Part shown: positions 62,501 to 64,000 of the stretch, piece by piece
Layout: the number at the start of each line of letters is the position of its first letter
Numbering within the stretch: position 1 is the stretch's first letter
Source of the DNA: Phoronis australis
Taxonomy: Eukaryota > Animalia > Phoronida
Direction of reading: 5' to 3'
Length of the DNA: 64,000 nucleotides
Assembly (NCBI GenBank): GCA_002633005.1
Contig: NMRA01000377.1
Location: 254,982-318,981, forward strand
Notes under the pieces: model-generated
What the model was told of the DNA's origin: nothing
The model's input: the letters and a program-made list of their open reading frames with translations, nothing else
Databases searched by the model: none
Program-made: the position numbers and the translations under genes

Positions 62501-63997
62501 GTGATCATTAAGTTGAACGTCTGTGGAAAGGAAGTCATAGTGTAAACACTTACTGTTTACTTCTTAGATTTAATTACTTGGCTTTCATGATTTTTACTTT
62601 GATGTGAGTACAGTTCATTTTAAGCCTTGCACAATGTATGTTATTACTGGATCACAAAGTGTTGGCCAGGATATTCCTCAATGTTTGGTTTTAACTTGAT
62701 ATTCCTCACGGCAAATGGCTTCACATATGCTAGCTATACAAACTAAATCCAGTTCGCCTCCCTGCCAAGCATTTTGCAAAGTGAGGTTTGTAATAAGTGT
62801 CTGGCTTAATGTGATAATTACAATACATTAGGCATAAATTAGTCTCGTCATCTTGCAGGCTCTGGTCAAAGAAACCATGAGCAAGTATCACAGGACATTA
62901 CGGTCTCGTCAATTGGATAGACTGCTCAGCAAGAGGTCGTCGCAGCTTCCCCTGTGGTTGACCGTAGCTTGCGAGCAACTCCATGCTTTGGAAGATTTCC
63001 GACTTGTCGACGAAAAGATCGATAGCTTTCCTGACGATTTGCTTGAGTAAGTATGGAATAGCCTTTATAAGTGAACAATATTTATATTAATTATTGTTTT
63101 ATTAGAATATGAAATCTCATATTGCTCTTGTTTGTGGGAGTTGAAATCTCGTTTGTTCTTGAGATGACACTTAAGAGAGATGAACATTCACAATGGTTGT
63201 AGTTTGTTTGTGATCATCATGGTATATTAAAATTACCATTGATTACAGAAAAGCTTAATGATATGTTAAAAACCAAGCATGAAGATCACAAGACATTATT
63301 AGAGAGAAATATTCATAATGCAACTATGATTCTGCCTTTTACAAATTGAAACTTTCTAATTTTTGTTTTAGACAATTTACTGTAACCAGTCTAAACTTGT
63401 TTCTTACTCCCATCAGAAGTGTTCATTTGGCTTGTCAAGTACTGACAGTTTGTTAATATGGCTTTAAAAAATTTGTTTGGTGCATAATGACCCACCAGGT
63501 CTAGCAGACTTATCGAACCTGGGTTTGTTTCCTGAAAAGTAACCTAAGACCTAAGTCAGATATTCTGTGTTTCTCTCCTCACAACTATTTCTGGAAAATA
63601 ATTTCATTTCACCTCAGCAAAAGTACAGGGTCTTAGAAAAAATGTGCATCATTGTTAGTTGCTCAGATGATTTTCTTAAGTTATTTCTAAACTGTCGTGA
63701 TAATTATTTGGTAAACGGAAGTGGAAGCGTAGTTCATAATGTCTGACTTGAGTCTTTGAAACAAACCCCAGGTGTTGACCACTAATCAATGTGTGATACT
63801 ATTTGGTTTCCTTCTCATTGTTTGCAGCATGCTTGAGTATGTCTTGGAAGAATACGAACATAAACCATGTGGTGACTTAGTGATGGGCACCTTGTGTCTT
63901 TTGGAAGCTTCCTCAGCTGGCCTGTTGGAGTCAGAACTCCTTGCCATTATAGGTCATGACACAGGGCTGTTGCCCCCAGCCCCATTTGATGAGAAAG
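53577..63997 (+). CDS. DUF4062-like + NACHT NTPase protein (TEP1/NWD/NPHP3-type STAND ATPase), 5' part, ~553 aa in window
   Basis: Phase-consistent exons 53577-53705 (MAEASY..KIFVFVTSHHKNFTPERDVIFKE), 54120-54188 (VLTDLRVWCE..DFQW), 55901-55998, 56186-56319 (LGWVP), 56949-57070, 57801-57878, 58220-58360, 58939-59075 (Walker A LVILGGPGSGKSSLL), 59643-59754 (FYHFVGAVPGSTDL), 60782-60889 (Walker B TIVVIDSLNQ), 61949-62122 (SWLPRKLGPQVRCILS), 62859-63046 (LPLWLTVACEQL), 63828-63997 (GLLESELL). Confidence 0.88.
54206..54410. repeat. 38-bp minisatellite (TGTCAGTCACCGTACTGGTTGTCTTGGCCTACTGTACA) x~5
   Basis: Tandem copies just after the 54188 donor. Explains the three overlapping repetitive ORFs in the ORF track. 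Confidence 0.9.
57965..58050. mobile_element. ~100-bp hairpin MITE family, copy 4
   Basis: TATAACGTGCCCACATTTTGAGAA / TTCTCAAAATGTGTGGTGCGTTATA inverted arms. Confidence 0.65.
62155..62290. mobile_element. Palindromic MITE
   Basis: TGTTTCATGTAAAGTGACTTAAGACTTCAGACAGAAATTTGATCTTAT pairs with ATAAGATCAAATTTCTGCCTGAAATCTTAAGTCACTTTTCATGAAACA. Confidence 0.75.
63518..63772. mobile_element. MITE related to the 62155 and 25853 elements
   Basis: CCTGGGTTTGTTTC..AAGTCAGATAT at left and ATGTCTGACTT..GAAACAAACCCCAGG at right. Confidence 0.55.
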
Positions 63998-64000
63998 GTT

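Overview
AT-rich, intron-rich animal genomic DNA. The repeat types and protein divergence suggest an invertebrate, probably a lophotrochozoan such as a mollusc (inference). Four protein-coding genes form two head-to-head pairs. NME6 (minus strand, first two coding exons, continues past base 1) faces a complete RPS21 (plus strand, 83 aa, 5'TOP/TCT start). A complete RIC1 (minus strand, about 30 exons, about 1446 aa) faces the 5' part of a DUF4062-like + NACHT (TEP1/NWD-type STAND ATPase) gene (plus strand, runs off the window end). The main hidden signal is in the RPS21 introns: four paralogous box C/D snoRNAs with a non-canonical but compensated C/D pair (UGAUUA/AUGA) and a guide complementary to the 18S rRNA GUCUGCCYUAUC segment, plus two longer orphan C/D candidates. 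Other notable items are a long-TIR MITE with a 9-bp TSD that seems polymorphic, a palindromic element made of two divergent tRNA-like heads, a natural His6 tract and a C-terminal CaaX in RIC1, in-frame splice options in the disordered part of RIC1, and two N-flanked duplications that look like haplotype assembly artefacts. All calls were made by eye; no searches were run.
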